Shown here: one piece after another, positions 50,116 to 63,348 of the stretch | Position numbering within the stretch: the first letter of the stretch is position 1 | Layout of the letters: the number at the start of each line of letters is the position of its first letter | The notes under the pieces: generated by a model | Seen by the model: only the letters and a program-made list of their open reading frames with translations | Database searches by the model: none | Told to the model about the DNA's origin: nothing | Translations under genes and position numbers: made by a program | Source of the DNA: Pecten maximus | Lineage: Eukaryota | Assembly: GCF_902652985.1 (NCBI RefSeq) | Contig: NC_047023.1 | Coordinates: 25,606,001 to 25,670,000, forward strand | Direction: 5' to 3' | Length of the DNA: 64,000 bases

Positions 50116-51392
50116 AGGAGACAGGTATTGTATCATTAATAGGTAATGTGTTGATGTAGGTGACATATATTGTATCATTACTAGGTAATGTGTTGATGTA
50201 GGTGACAGGTATTGTATCATTACTAGGTGATGTGTTGATGTAGGTGACAGGTATTGTATCATTACTAGGTGATGTGTTGATGTAGGTGACAGGTATTGTA
50301 TCATTACTAGGTGATGTGTTGATGTAGGTGACAGGTATTGTATCATTACTAGGTAATGTGTTGATGTAGGTGACATATATTGTATCATTACTAGGTGATG
50401 TGTTGATATAGGTGACAGGTATTGTATCATTACTAGGTAATGTGTTGATGTAGGTGACAGGTATTGTATCATTACTAGGTGATGTGTTGATGTAGGTGAC
50501 AGGTATTGTATCATTACTAGGTGATGTGTTGATGTAGGTGACAGGTATTGTATCATTACTAGGTAATGTGTTGATGTAGGTGACAGGTATTGTATCATTA
50601 CTAGGTGATGTGTTGATGTAGGAGACAGGTATTGTATCATTACTAAGTGATGTGTTGATGTAGGTGACAGGTATTGTATCATTACTAGGTGATGTGTTGA
50701 TGTAGGTGACAGGTATTGTATCATTACTAGGTAATGTGTTGATGTAGGTGACAGGTATTGTATCATTACTAGGTAATGTGTTGATGTAGGTGACAGGTAT
50801 TGTATCATTACTAGGTAATGTGTTGATGTATGTGACAGGTATTGTATCATTACTAGGTAATGTGTTGATGTAGGTGACAGGTATTGTATCATTACTAGGT
50901 GATGTGTTGATGTAGGTGACAGGTATTGTATCATTACTAGGTAATGTGTTGATGTGGGTGACAGGTATTGTATCATTACTAGGTAATGTGTTGATGTAGG
51001 TGACAGGTATTGTATCATTACTAGGTGATGTGTTGATGTAGGTGACAGGTATTGTATCATTACTAGGTGATGTGTTGATGTAGGTGACAGGTATTGTATC
51101 ATTAATAGGTGATGTGTTGATGTAGGAGACAGGTATTGTATCATTACTAGGTAATGTGTTGATGTAGGTGACATATATTGTATCATTACTAGGTGATGTG
51201 CTGATGTAGGTGACAGGTATTGTATCATTACTAGGTGATGTGTTGATGTAGGTGACAGGTATTGTATCATTACTAGGTAATGTGTTGATGTAGGTGACAG
51301 GTATTGTATCATTACTAGGTGATGTGTTGATGTAGGTGACAGGTATTGTATCATTACTAGGTAATGTGTTGATGTGGGTGACAGGTATTGCA
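50111..51392. repeat. 42-bp minisatellite, ~30 copies
   Basis: Unit gatgtaggtgacaggtattgtatcattactaggt(g/a)atgtgtt. Confidence 0.96.
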
Positions 51393-51538
51393 TCATAGAC
51401 AGTTTGTTGTAAGTTACATATGTTGTATTATTACCTGAGAGAGGGTTGTAGTATATGACATGTATTGAATCATGAGTAGACAATGTGTTGTAGTAGGTGA
51501 CGTGTATAATAACTGACATTATGTTGTGTTAGGAGCCA

Positions 51539-51760
51539 GGGGCCGCGGTGGCCGAGTGGTTAAGGTGTACTGACACTTTATCACTAGCCCTCCACCTCTG
51601 GGTCGCGAGTTCGAAACCTACGTGGGGCAGTTGCCAGGTACTGACCGTAGGCCTGTGGTTTTTCTCCGGGTACTCCGGCTTTCCTCCACCTCCAAAACCT
51701 GGCACCTCCTTAAATGACCCTGGCTGTTAATAGGACTTTAAACAAAAACAAACAAACCAA
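51539..51760 (+). mobile_element. tRNA-derived V-domain SINE (family A) with 14-bp TSD
   Basis: A and B boxes; TSD TGTGTTAGGAGCCA at 51525-51538 and 51761-51774. Confidence 0.93.
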
Positions 51761-54386
51761 TGTGTTAGGAGCCACACATTGTATCATAACTAGTTATTGT
51801 GTTTTGGTAGGGGCCATGTATTGTATCATGACTAGGCAATGCGGTAATTATATTGTTATACAAATATTGTATGTTAACGTTTTGTAGCATAACAAGGAAC
51901 ATGCATTGTAATATGATTAGAAATGAAAACTGAATAATATTTGAAGGAAGAGTACACATACATATTTTACTGATCTCATTCTATGAACTTTTGGTGTTTC
52001 TCTCAGAATGTTTCACTAAGTTTCTCCGAATTCTGTGTAACCAACTGCTCCATCATAAGAGTGCATACATGTAGTAACGATCTAAGTCAGTGTCAAAACC
52101 ACAACCGTGTTCAAAATATGAATACAACCGTCACTCCATCCAATTTCCAAAACTTACATTTTGTTTTACTGTTATATATATACTATCTCGAAAATTGTAT
52201 ATATGTTTAAAACCAGACAGTTTTAAATTTACTGCTATTGAGGTCGTAAGTATGTTTACAAGAAATATCAATAGCATGCAAAGTCAGTAATCCATGGAAA
52301 ATAGTTTGCCTGAATACTCTGAAGAAAAAATTATTTGTAGAGGTTATATTGTTAAATATATTACTATCATACAATCATTTCTGCATAAAATATATTCTGT
52401 TTATCTATTATGCTATCCTTCAGATTCGCTTTTCTGTGTAGCGTATATAATACAAAACAATTATTTGTACAATATTTGTCTATCAAAGATGTTAAATATA
52501 AACAACACAAAGCTAATTGTGTTACATTAAAAATATATTTATTGTGAAGTATATTTGTTTGTAAAATGATATCTTAATGAACATACAATATAGACATGTA
52601 CTGTACAAAGTGGAATGTTTGTTTGCAAAAGACGTATCGTTTTTCGTGTTTGATATTTACCATTAAAATGTACTAAGCGAGTTGACACGTCAGATTAAGC
52701 ATGCTTCACAAGGTGTCCTTGGATGTCTGCACGAAATTGATTTATGAACTAAAAATTCACGATCTAAAGCACCAGCAAACCTTCCATATTATGTGTACAG
52801 TATGTATTCAAGTCTAATAAACTTAACAGATACAATCACAGGCAGACTGGCTTAAGTAAAACTATGATGAATACAATATCGAACATAAATAATGTATACA
52901 AAGTCGTCTGCATCCTACATTATCAACAAGATGTACACATAAAAGTTGAAAGTTGTGGATAAGCTTCGATTCACTTTGAATTCTGAAATCAATCTCAATT
53001 AATTATCAAAATTATTCCACATAAACTTCAGAAACATACCTTTGTTTATAATCCTTAAATATCAATGCTCGTTACTCTTTTGTCGTGTTAAAGATTTAAA
53101 GATGAAAAATGAACCAAAATCGGTCATGATAACCGAAGCAGTTTTGCAACCGTCAATCTGATTGGTCGACAGTTCCATACACAATACTTACTATACATGT
53201 ACATAGTTGTCGACCAATCAGACTGTCCATTTTAAAACAGCTCTGAGAAAGATAACCTTCTTCCATTCCACAGTCAACGTATCGTCCTATCTTCAAGTGA
53301 TACACTCTGTTAATGTAGTAGGGGTATGGACTAATCTATTTTTTCTTCAAATAACCTGCTAACAAAATACAAACGCCTGTGATGTATATAACAAACATTA
53401 CATCATATCAACGGTGTACATTAATATTGCAAGTAATTTCTCTTATATCGGCGACAAAAGCAGTACAATTGAAATTCATTTTCCAAGATGTATGGTATTG
53501 AAAACATGTTTCATATACAAATATAATTATTGCATCAAAAACGGTTTATCTGATTAAAAAAAATATGAATTTGAATATGGCGTCAACATCTTTACTTTTA
53601 CAAAATATGTTGCTCAATGCATTTTTATCTCGCCAGCCAGAATTCCTTTAGCCATGTGTATTTCTACGAATCAGTATCACTAGCTGCCGTTAAACAGAGA
53701 AAACGATTGCAAATTGGAACCATATTCATATACTTAAACAGTAAATTAAGTTTTTCTCCTTTACGTTCATTCCTCAATATGTTACGATTCACGATATAAT
53801 CCTTTACCTAACATTCCTTTCTGGACATTGAAGAGGAGACAGTTATTTAAGGTGAAAGGTCATCAGCATACGTACAATTATAGATTTAAATTCCATTACC
53901 GTAAATTGTCGCTTGCTTAGGACCATATCGGGATAGAATGTTTCAACGTTCAATATAGATTGTATGGACGATTAATCTAAATTAAACGACTTACATGCCT
54001 GAATAATGAAGTTACCGTCATATATGGTACTATCCCGTATATGATAGAAATGTCACTATATTCATATATTATTTTATCAATGTAAAAGACACAAATGTTA
54101 ATCATATTTTTACTCAATATTTTATGACGAATGAATATCATTAGGTTGCTATGCCCGTAGAAGAATCTAGATTAAAGTTTATTAATCAAATTAAAAGCTA
54201 AAACTTGATTTAACCTCAATCCAACATTTTGTTAAATTGTTTTTCGAAGACTCTTTAAATAAATATTTAAAATAAAATGATACATGGGATAATAAGTTGT
54301 GTACATTTCACAAGCAGCAGACAAATCAACACAATTATCTTGTCGGTGTTAATATATAAACAATCTGAACTGCAGTGACGCCAAAT

Positions 54387-57300
54387 CTATTTATACTCCT
54401 GCGGCTCTTTGAATCGTGTCAAGATGGCCCCTATACCGGAAGCGATAACAATACCTCCACCGATGTAAAATGACAACTTCCATGGATCCTTCTCCTCAGT
54501 ATCCAATATTTCCTCTACAAATGTAAGGATTTATTTTACATTGATCACAGAACATGCTTGCTATATATAAATGTAAAGATCTATTTATATCGATAACTAT
54601 CACAGAACATGCATGCTATATATAAGTAGAAAGATTTATTTAAATAGATAACTGTTACAGAATATACATGATATACATAAATGTAACTAAAAACGCAGTT
54701 TTGCATACAAGAGAAATATCATATCTATTTAGACCAGTCTTAATAATTTTCCCAATCTACATTTATTCCACAAATGAGGTATAAATATAATCTGTCATTT
54801 ATATGCAGGCTTATCTCCCTTCTCTTTACTCAGTCACCATGTTTTCTCTGATGCTTAAGAAAATAACAAGAATTCATTAAGTTTTGCCACTGTATAGTTG
54901 GTACTGTTCCCGGTTATTAAATATTAGCGGAAATATAAAGATAAAATTATATCCACTCAAATGTACAAAAGCGTTCATTCGCCTACTGCAAAATGTTTAA
55001 AAGGCTGACACAGTAATGAAATATATGGGATCAAGTAGGGTGCGCAGAAACCTTACCTACTGTATATAATCTTTCTTGTACATATTCTGAGTGTATTGTC
55101 TACGCATTTTTGTAAACACATTATTAATTCTGTTGGCATATTTACTCACGATTTGATTATTACTTCCTCTTTGTTTTATGTAACTTCTGAAGGTTATCAA
55201 TATTGTAATATTTTACATGTGTTATCACTTACGTTTATTTTGGACAGGTTCAATGATATATCACATATTGTTTATTGTGTGTATGCCTCAACACGGTTTC
55301 CTTTTGTGCATACCCCAACATGATTTACTTATTAAATATATATATCAACATCTGTTGTTCATTTTACGTATATATTAAAACTTGTTGTGTATTGTGTATG
55401 ATCCATCACCGCCTTTTACATACCTTCTGCGGGGGTTACCACCAACTCAGCGATACCAGCCATCAACCCAAACAATCCTTCAACGATACGGACGTGTCCT
55501 TTACCAAACGTATCCGGTATAGTATTATCCAGCAGCGAGTTAAATATTCCTGGAAAATATATAAAAAAAAATCAGCTTGGAAATCGACACCTCTCAAAAG
55601 CATGACCTCATATCCAAATTTAAACCACCCGAAAATAAAGAAGTAAAAACCAAACGAAGTTCGGTTTAAAACCTGTTTCACTTATTCCTTTATTTAGGCA
55701 TATCATTTGATTTTTGAAAAAAAAATCTTTACTGCATTTATGACTTTTATTGGAGGTCAGTGCGTGAATTGATCATATTTCTCAACAGATTATGGTAACG
55801 TTATTCCAGTAGGCTTACGCAATAATAAGTTTTGCACTGTATTTATCTGTGCATGACAATACTGTATTTAACGTGATCAATAAATTTATACAACCTTTGC
55901 TGAACCCAAAGAGAGCTCCAAATCCTGCCACCAGTCCGACGGTTTTGAGGGACGGCGCAACACAACCAAGTACACCTGCCAAGATGTTAATTACTCCAAT
56001 GGTTATAAGGACAGTGCCTATTTCCCGGTCCTTCCAACAGCAACACAGAACCATCACGATCAGTCCGGCTAGTTCGCCAAGGTACGGAACCACTACCGCA
56101 ATCAATCTCTCAATTATTTCCTCTGTATCATTGTCATCAATTTCAACTTCGCCCAATAACTTTTGGTATTGATTAAGTGGCAACGGCTTTCCTGTTGTAT
56201 CAAAAAAGATATAAATTCATGATAAAAAATAGCGGATAGCAAGTATTGAAATTAATACACCGGATTTAAAATGGTAAAAGAAATTTAAAAAAATAAACAA
56301 ACAAAAACAATTTTTTTTGACCAATTCTCATTCACAACACATATCAATTCAGCCATCAATAAAAAAATTAACGGAAATGCTATCCATTAAATTCTCCTGA
56401 ACGTCTCGCACCTCAACATATCTACAAAACAGCACTATCGAAATGAAGTATCCCATGTAGTGTTTAACAGCAGAAACCTTGTTAAGACTGGAAATCTAGC
56501 TTTATCAAGTCAGCAAGCTTTTGGATCAAGGACTTAATGGTTTCATTTTGGCCAAAAGTTGAAGAAAAATTGCACATCATAGAACAGAATGTTTTTATTT
56601 TTTTAATTGCAGTCGATCCGATTTCTCACCGTTTATACGATACACCTGACTGATTAAGATCAGACGTACCAAATTGGTCCAGGAAGATCAGGATGAGTAG
56701 TAAGTACAACACCAAATCCTTGAACAACTTCCAATCCACAATGCCAACGATGCGACCTACGTAGTTTGTCCTGCTGTCGGAGCTCTTCAATTCAAGCGGC
56801 GTGAGGGTGGCACAACAAAAGAAAGCGACACCTATCGCGATCAACTGATACCGGAAGTTGTGTTCCCATTTGAATTTTAGTTCAATATCTTTGTTGAATG
56901 TTGGTGCTAAGGACAAAAGAAGCATTCCGATGACACCGAGGACCTCCCCAGCTCTTACAATACCGATGGCGCGTAGTCTCTTTGTTGCAAAGTATTCCAG
57001 TGGAGGAACTATGGCTGTAAGGAGGAGGAAGGCTGACCCGAGACCTAGTAACAGATTCAATACACAAATTACTATTATGTTTGCAGCATTGCCAATACTA
57101 CAGACCAGAAAGGTTTTACAATAGATTTACAATAATTAAATATATATTCACGAATTTCTCGATGTTTACATTTAAAACTTATTAAGAAGAATGGTACACA
57201 ACACACACAAGATAATGGTAACTTTCAATACAAATTGAGACATTATATACAGTTGAGCCAACAATGAATCAAACTGTATCCACTGTTACAGCATTTTATG

Positions 57301-59102
57301 TTTCGTAAGTGATGCCAAGGACGAGAAAGTATGAGATTTTGCAGTGAAAGTATGATATTTTGCAGTGACAATATAAGGTTTTGCCGAAACTACTTTCCTG
57401 TTATATGAGTTGTTCCCCTTGATCGAACTTGGGCGTTTTAATAAATACAAACAGGAGTTTATAAGTGTCGTTTATTACTTTTATTTTTTTATGTGAACTG
57501 TATTTTGTAGCGTATCAATATTTTGAAATGCGCACTTATCCCGATCAGCTGACTCGATCGTTTATCATTTCGACGAATTGGTCAAGCTACTTTCCAGTAT
57601 CTGTAACAGAAGAACCTGGGACTTACCGGTTAGTCCTCCTAAACAGAAGGCAGCGAAGTCTTCCTGATCTTTAGTGAGCCAGGACGACACAAATAGACCT
57701 CCTCCGTACATTAGACATCCCAGTATACCTACGATACGGTATCCTAAAGGCACCATGAGGATAGCGGCCACCACAACTGTAAAACAAATCGAAAAATAAA
57801 ATCGAAATTGGTCAGGTTGCAGCTCAGACACAGACATAATTATCTCAACACACGTTATGCTTGACATTTTTTAAATCATATATCATCATCCACTATTGTC
57901 GACATGTATCATCATCGTCATCGTCGTTGTCAACATCGACATAAATGTGTTCAATTGAAAGATAAAGTCTGACTTAGGTGGCGGCTTGGGATGTGATTCC
58001 AAATTTAAAATATTCAATATTTGTTGAAAAAAGCCATCTTTGCATTTCCATGAGCAAAGGATTATCGTTTCTTGTTCACTATCATAAAAGGTGAACAGCT
58101 GATTTGAAGAAATCTTAACAAAAAATGCTCGAAACTAATATTTGGTGTATAATTCATACATGAAAATAATAACATGAGACAAATTTTAAAATAATGTGTA
58201 TATGTATACCAACTTTTTGAATAAAAACAGGAATTGTTTAATTTAATAAATGTATATGGACCCCATATCTTATCTCATATTGCAGTGCGATAGCTGAAGT
58301 TTTGGATGTGCGAAGACATTAGTAGATGCGTTTATAATTGTACAAGGGTTCTAATTTGTTGTTTAAGTGTAAACCATTATTTCCCGAAGTCGAATATGTT
58401 TCATCATAATGATGATTCCAATGCTTTCTACAATACAAATCCGACGGCCACCTTAAAGCGTCATCTAAACAACACATCCAGTGATATTTTCACTTCCCAT
58501 TAATACTGTGGTACAACAGAATCAGTTAAATCAGGTCTATCAAATGTCCATACGGCGTGAAATACATACTTGTGAACATAACGGCATTCATATATCTTTG
58601 ACATAATAATGACGTATCTCTCTGTATCTTTTACCATATATTGATTATAGTTAATAACTATAGATGTTAATTTTCGACATTATATCTCTTTGCATGGTTA
58701 CTTGTCAAAATCATAGCCTAATACTACCACGAGTGCATGACAAAAACAAGGATCGTTAACGGAAGAACGAACGGAACAACTAACTTATGGACGGACACGG
58801 TCATTATTTTTAATCTAAATAAACAAATGCAATGTCCGTCGAAATTCCACGAATGTTTTACAATCTTACCTCCTAATTTTCGAACAGCATCAAATGCTTC
58901 TAGGATGTCATTCGCTTTATCACTACCAAATTCATCTGCGAAATCCCTTGAAAACAAGAGTTATCAGCATAATCACAGCAGCATTGCACATATTGATGAT
59001 GAAGCAGGCCAGCACGATCATCCACGCCCGACAGCCACCGTCAGGGGGGTTATAGACTGAGCCCGGCCCCGAGGTATCCAACTCCAGATCTCCAACCTGC
59101 AT
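54387..59102 (-). CDS. Divergent monocarboxylate-transporter-like (SLC16 family, MFS) gene, 6 exons, ~435 aa; one 1-bp frameshift in exon 1
   Basis: Exons 59102-58870, 57776-57627, 57044-56670, 56191-55895, 55549-55424, 54514-54387, all phase 1 GT-AG. Motifs PPDGGCRAWMIVLACF, GYRIV, YFATKRLRAIGI, DWKLFKD; multiple hydrophobic segments. Confidence 0.85.
54516..54690. repeat. ~55-bp degenerate tandem repeat (3 copies) abutting the acceptor of the last transporter exon
   Basis: aaatgtaa(g/a)gat(t/c)tattt...cacagaacatgc recurs. Confidence 0.65.
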
Positions 59103-60238
59103 GGCTTCCCTCGGCTAAGCAGATAAAATACAGGTATAAAAGAGGTACCAGACTAAACAGCTCAGTCTTGTGCTGACGAGTAAGTCAGGTAGTGGTTGGA
59201 TTTGTTTACATAACAACATACAAAAACAAAACAATGCTGACTGTAATGATATTCCAAGCTATAGTCCGCTGTTAGGTATAGCTAAACAAGTTCCTGTTAA
59301 TATTTCAAGGTGGCTTTGTTAAGTACGACATTAACCCACGTCTGTGTGAAGAACCCTGCAGTATATCTCGTCCTACATATAAGTCCGGGCGATAATCAAT
59401 AAACAGCATCCGCATCCCTTGTTGTAGACCGTTTAGATTCTGACTCAGCAAAATGGGAAGGATTTGTACATATATGGTGACAACTATTGCATTTTTCCGA
59501 GAAATTACGACAGGGAGAAATGTTTTCGGGCAATCATGATAATGAAAATTGTCCCACGTGATATTTGAATGTGTAAGCATGCATATCCTAGTTTTTAACA
59601 TGGTTTCGTATTCGTCACCTGTGATTTTGTCTTACCTGTAAACATACAACCATTGGTTACAGTCCTTAGTGTATGTTAAAGTGGCTGTAGGTGTCGGTAA
59701 GTCCCGTGATACGGTTAGATACACATGATTGATTTACCTTTAATATCCAATACTTTAACTCTAATTCCTCATCAATATACAATTTGACATGAAGCAAGTT
59801 TTGTCAGTAGTGTAAATAAAATGTCCTTTTACAAAAATATATAATGCATTATCTTATGCTGTGTTATAGTGTTACTCTTGAACTTTTATTTTATCACAAT
59901 GTTTTTAAAATATGTATAAAACAACACATTCAAACGCTTTCAAGACATCTGTGGAATTTAATAATGAGTAGTGTTGTAAGTAGGTGAGGGAAATGTTTCC
60001 CCACTATCACGCAACGTTTCGTGAATACAAAGGATGGCGAACGTTTTGGGAATATTGACAATGATAAAAATAGACATAACACAAAGATTTACAGCTCATT
60101 AAGCTGTAGGTATGACATTAAACAATAAACGGCGTATTTTGTTTAAAAGGAGAATGAATATAATTTAAATCATCCAGCTCTAAATATAAAAAAAGTTTTA
60201 GATGACCACAATTCACGGCAAATACATTCATTTTATAA

Positions 60239-60330
60239 TTCAAAACTTCTTTTACATTCGAAAAAAGGTTCAAAACTTCATTTACATTCGAAAAAAGGTT
60301 CAAAACTTCTTTTACATTCGAAAAAAGGTT
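60239..60330. repeat. 30-bp tandem repeat, 3 copies
   Basis: Unit ttcaaaacttc(t/a)tttacattcgaaaaaagg. Confidence 0.85.
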
Positions 60331-61653
60331 ATCTCGATAGAAGGAATTATATACCATTAGAGATAAAATATAGTGCAAGGTTCTATACCGTCCCGACATA
60401 TAGAAACACACTGCAATGAACGAAAGCGAAAAGTTAATATTTTTCAGACATAATATTATAATTCCTATTTTTAGTAACGAATTTATTTACATTGACATAA
60501 TGAATTACTATCCCAGGATAGCAATCAGTTACAAAAACTAATGAATCATTCAATGCCATAGTAACCTTGATATTGGCTCATGAAATCAAGTCGTTTGATT
60601 ATTTACATAAACTAAAAGAACATAAATCGAAAGTTAAAGAAACAAGAATATTTCAATGTAAAATCGGACAAAAACTATTACAATGTCTATATCACAATTC
60701 ACATATATACTAACAAAAATAAGATAACTCATTTGTATGCTTGGAATGTAAACAAGACATTGATTTTTGGAACTTTAAGGCAAAACGACTACTTAAGACT
60801 CATCTAATTTTGCCAGCAACACTACAAAAAAAATGTGAAAACCTGTAAAACCATGATTTAATCGGCATATAATGTGTTCTCTGAAAACACATCGAATATA
60901 AACTGCATGAGCTCTCTCGTCAGAAGAAAAAAAAATGAATAAATGTTGAGGTTTCATTCTAGACCTTGATTGTGTTCAATTTATTTTCACATTTCGCCTT
61001 TATTCATTATTTCACATGTAACCCATTAGTATTTTCACTCTTTGTATTCTGTATAAGTTGACATGATATATCTATTTATTTCTATTGGTTTATTTATCTA
61101 TCAATCTATTTATGAAATTAAATGCATTATTTTCTTATGTTTCCTGTTGCATTAGTATTTACCTAGCAATAAAGGTTCTAAGGTATTGTCTTACACCGAA
61201 AACATATATTTTAAATAAAAGGTATGGTATGGTCTTCTTTATTAGTTATTCGTGATCTCAAATAACTCGGGTAATGAAGAGACATCAGCGTTGATGCATG
61301 AAACAGTCTGGTTTAAAATACCAACATTATCATTGTCAATAACGATTTTTTTTCTCAACCATGGTTCATAAATCCAACACTACGTCTTTCTAATGCTTTG
61401 AGTGTATTCTAGATTAAACTGTATACGCCTAACTGAATATTTTTCTTAACATTAAGCTTATTATTATATCATTACTGAATTGGAAAACCATGGCCATGTT
61501 AAATGATGGTTGATTCGTTCTTCTTGCTGGATCTAACTTCTATGAAAACTTGTAAATCATTTTAAAATAAACTGTAGTACAAATTTTAAATACCACTAGC
61601 GTGTGAAAATATGATGACATATGATAGCCTGCTCGAAATAGTTAAATGCTTTA

Positions 61654-61870
61654 GGTGGAGGTGTAGCAATGGGGTTACACAATTGCCTGTCACCTAGACG
61701 GCCGGGGTTCGATTTCCCGATCGGACGTTAAAAGAACCGGGGTTTTCCCCAAGGTTCTCCAGTTCCCTCCCACAGTAATAACTCTCGCGCGCTTCAAGCC
61801 AGGCCAACAGGCGAGATTAATATAAGTTTACATGACTTGTTTGGCAATTGTTGTTAAATAAAATAAATTT
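61654..61870 (+). mobile_element. Second-family tRNA-derived V-domain SINE, diverged
   Basis: TGTAGCAATGG A-box-like, GGTTCGATTTCCC B box, GGTTTTCCCCAAGGTTCTCCAGTTCCCTCCCACA core, A-rich tail. Confidence 0.7.
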
Positions 61871-63216
61871 GTATTGAAAAACGCTTATAAATAGATCAAA
61901 GTCACAGGTGAATTGCAAACATGGTGAGTGACGTCGCTAGAAATACTATCGTTTTGTAATAGATGTAATAACAGAGGGTTTGTATAAGGTACTATATAAA
62001 TTCCCTTGAATGTTGACGTAATGTTTCCTTTCAACGTCTTTTTATTTATACTTAAATGTCGAGGGTCGAAAATCCCCAACCAGCTATAAACCACATGTTC
62101 ATACATGTTGTGTATGACATAAGTGTTTTTATTCAATTATGGGAGAGAAAAAATAATTCATCTAGTATAAAAAAAAACGTGAATGCCAAAACCATGATTC
62201 TATCTTAAATCGACGAAACGAGGGCAAGGTACGAACAAAATATCTTTGCTTGTAAATCCTTCAGAAATTAAATTGACAAAGGTTCAGGGGTTCCGGAATA
62301 GTAAACTTCTTCAGATCCATTGCTAAATCTAGGTCAAGTTCGGGTTAAGTGACATTCCCAAATAAAAACAACGGTGGTGACAACGGAACCATAAGGCGTA
62401 ACTAGCATCGAATAGGAAGTTATACCACACAGGGTGATAAACTATTTCCAAAATATTTCTAAATAAAATCATGGTGTTGACCAGACAGTTTTCCATGATA
62501 AGATACTTATTACATATTATACAAATGTAGCTTGTATTGTCAAAATCTAACTGTGATAACGCACGGCACATTATTTTAAGTGAGACTGAAGGATGCAGTT
62601 ATCTGTAATATACATCTGTATCTATATACCAATTACTGTTGTGTAGTACAGATGATCACTAGGAGGGCCGTGGAGTTGTCAGGGCCGTGGAGCTGTCAGG
62701 GCCGTGGAGTTGTCTTATCTGATGCAGTTGGTAACAACTTCTCTCTTTTTAAAGTAATTTTTTCAATCAGTAAAAGCTACCTCCTCTCTCAAATTATTTA
62801 TCCTTCATATCAAAGTGGTTCATTTCTTCTTTTTTTCAAATAATTATTTCATTTATTTATTTAAAATGTCTATGAAATTTCAAGATTTTTTATCAATTCT
62901 TATTGATGTTTTTACACTCAGAAATATATATCCCCTTCTACAAAACAACAAAACATCTTTCAAAGTAATAAGCTCGGAATAAATATTATATTAATCAATG
63001 ATTACATCAACGGTACCTTTAGTTCTATATATAGAATATCATATCTACTGAATGTCAGCCCTAAATATGAAGAGGAGCCCCTCGGCCACAGAGTAGTGGG
63101 ATTATTAGTGTCATACACACACTGTGGTGACCGACATATCCAATATACAAAACACGAATAGTTTTAGATTAACATTTGATTCCGCCTCTAACATGTATTA
63201 TAAATGAGATATTTAC

Positions 63217-63348
63217 CAGTGCACTGGGCTGTGCCGGAGGTTGGTAGCTGGGAGGTGCCTGCTGTGGATATCCATACTGAAATGCTGGGTTATACTGCCC
63301 GTGTTGTCCCTGAGAAGGATATGCGTAATTATACACGGGCGCCGCCAT
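63217..63348 (-). CDS. Candidate Pro/Tyr/Gln-rich exon (MAAPVYNYAYPSQGQ...QAPPSYQPP)
   Basis: aaaATGG start context, 44 open codons, PPSY motif, CTG|gtaaat donor; downstream exons not identified. Confidence 0.35.

Noticed and set aside
50083-51519. 478-aa minus-strand ORF
   Set aside because: 42-bp minisatellite reading into the Penelope repeat; an artefact of unit length divisible by 3.
57045-57120. Upstream extension of transporter exon 3 from the AG near 57098
   Set aside because: Out of phase with exon 2; the TTACTAG acceptor at 57045 gives the expected GGLT-G-LGSAF continuity.
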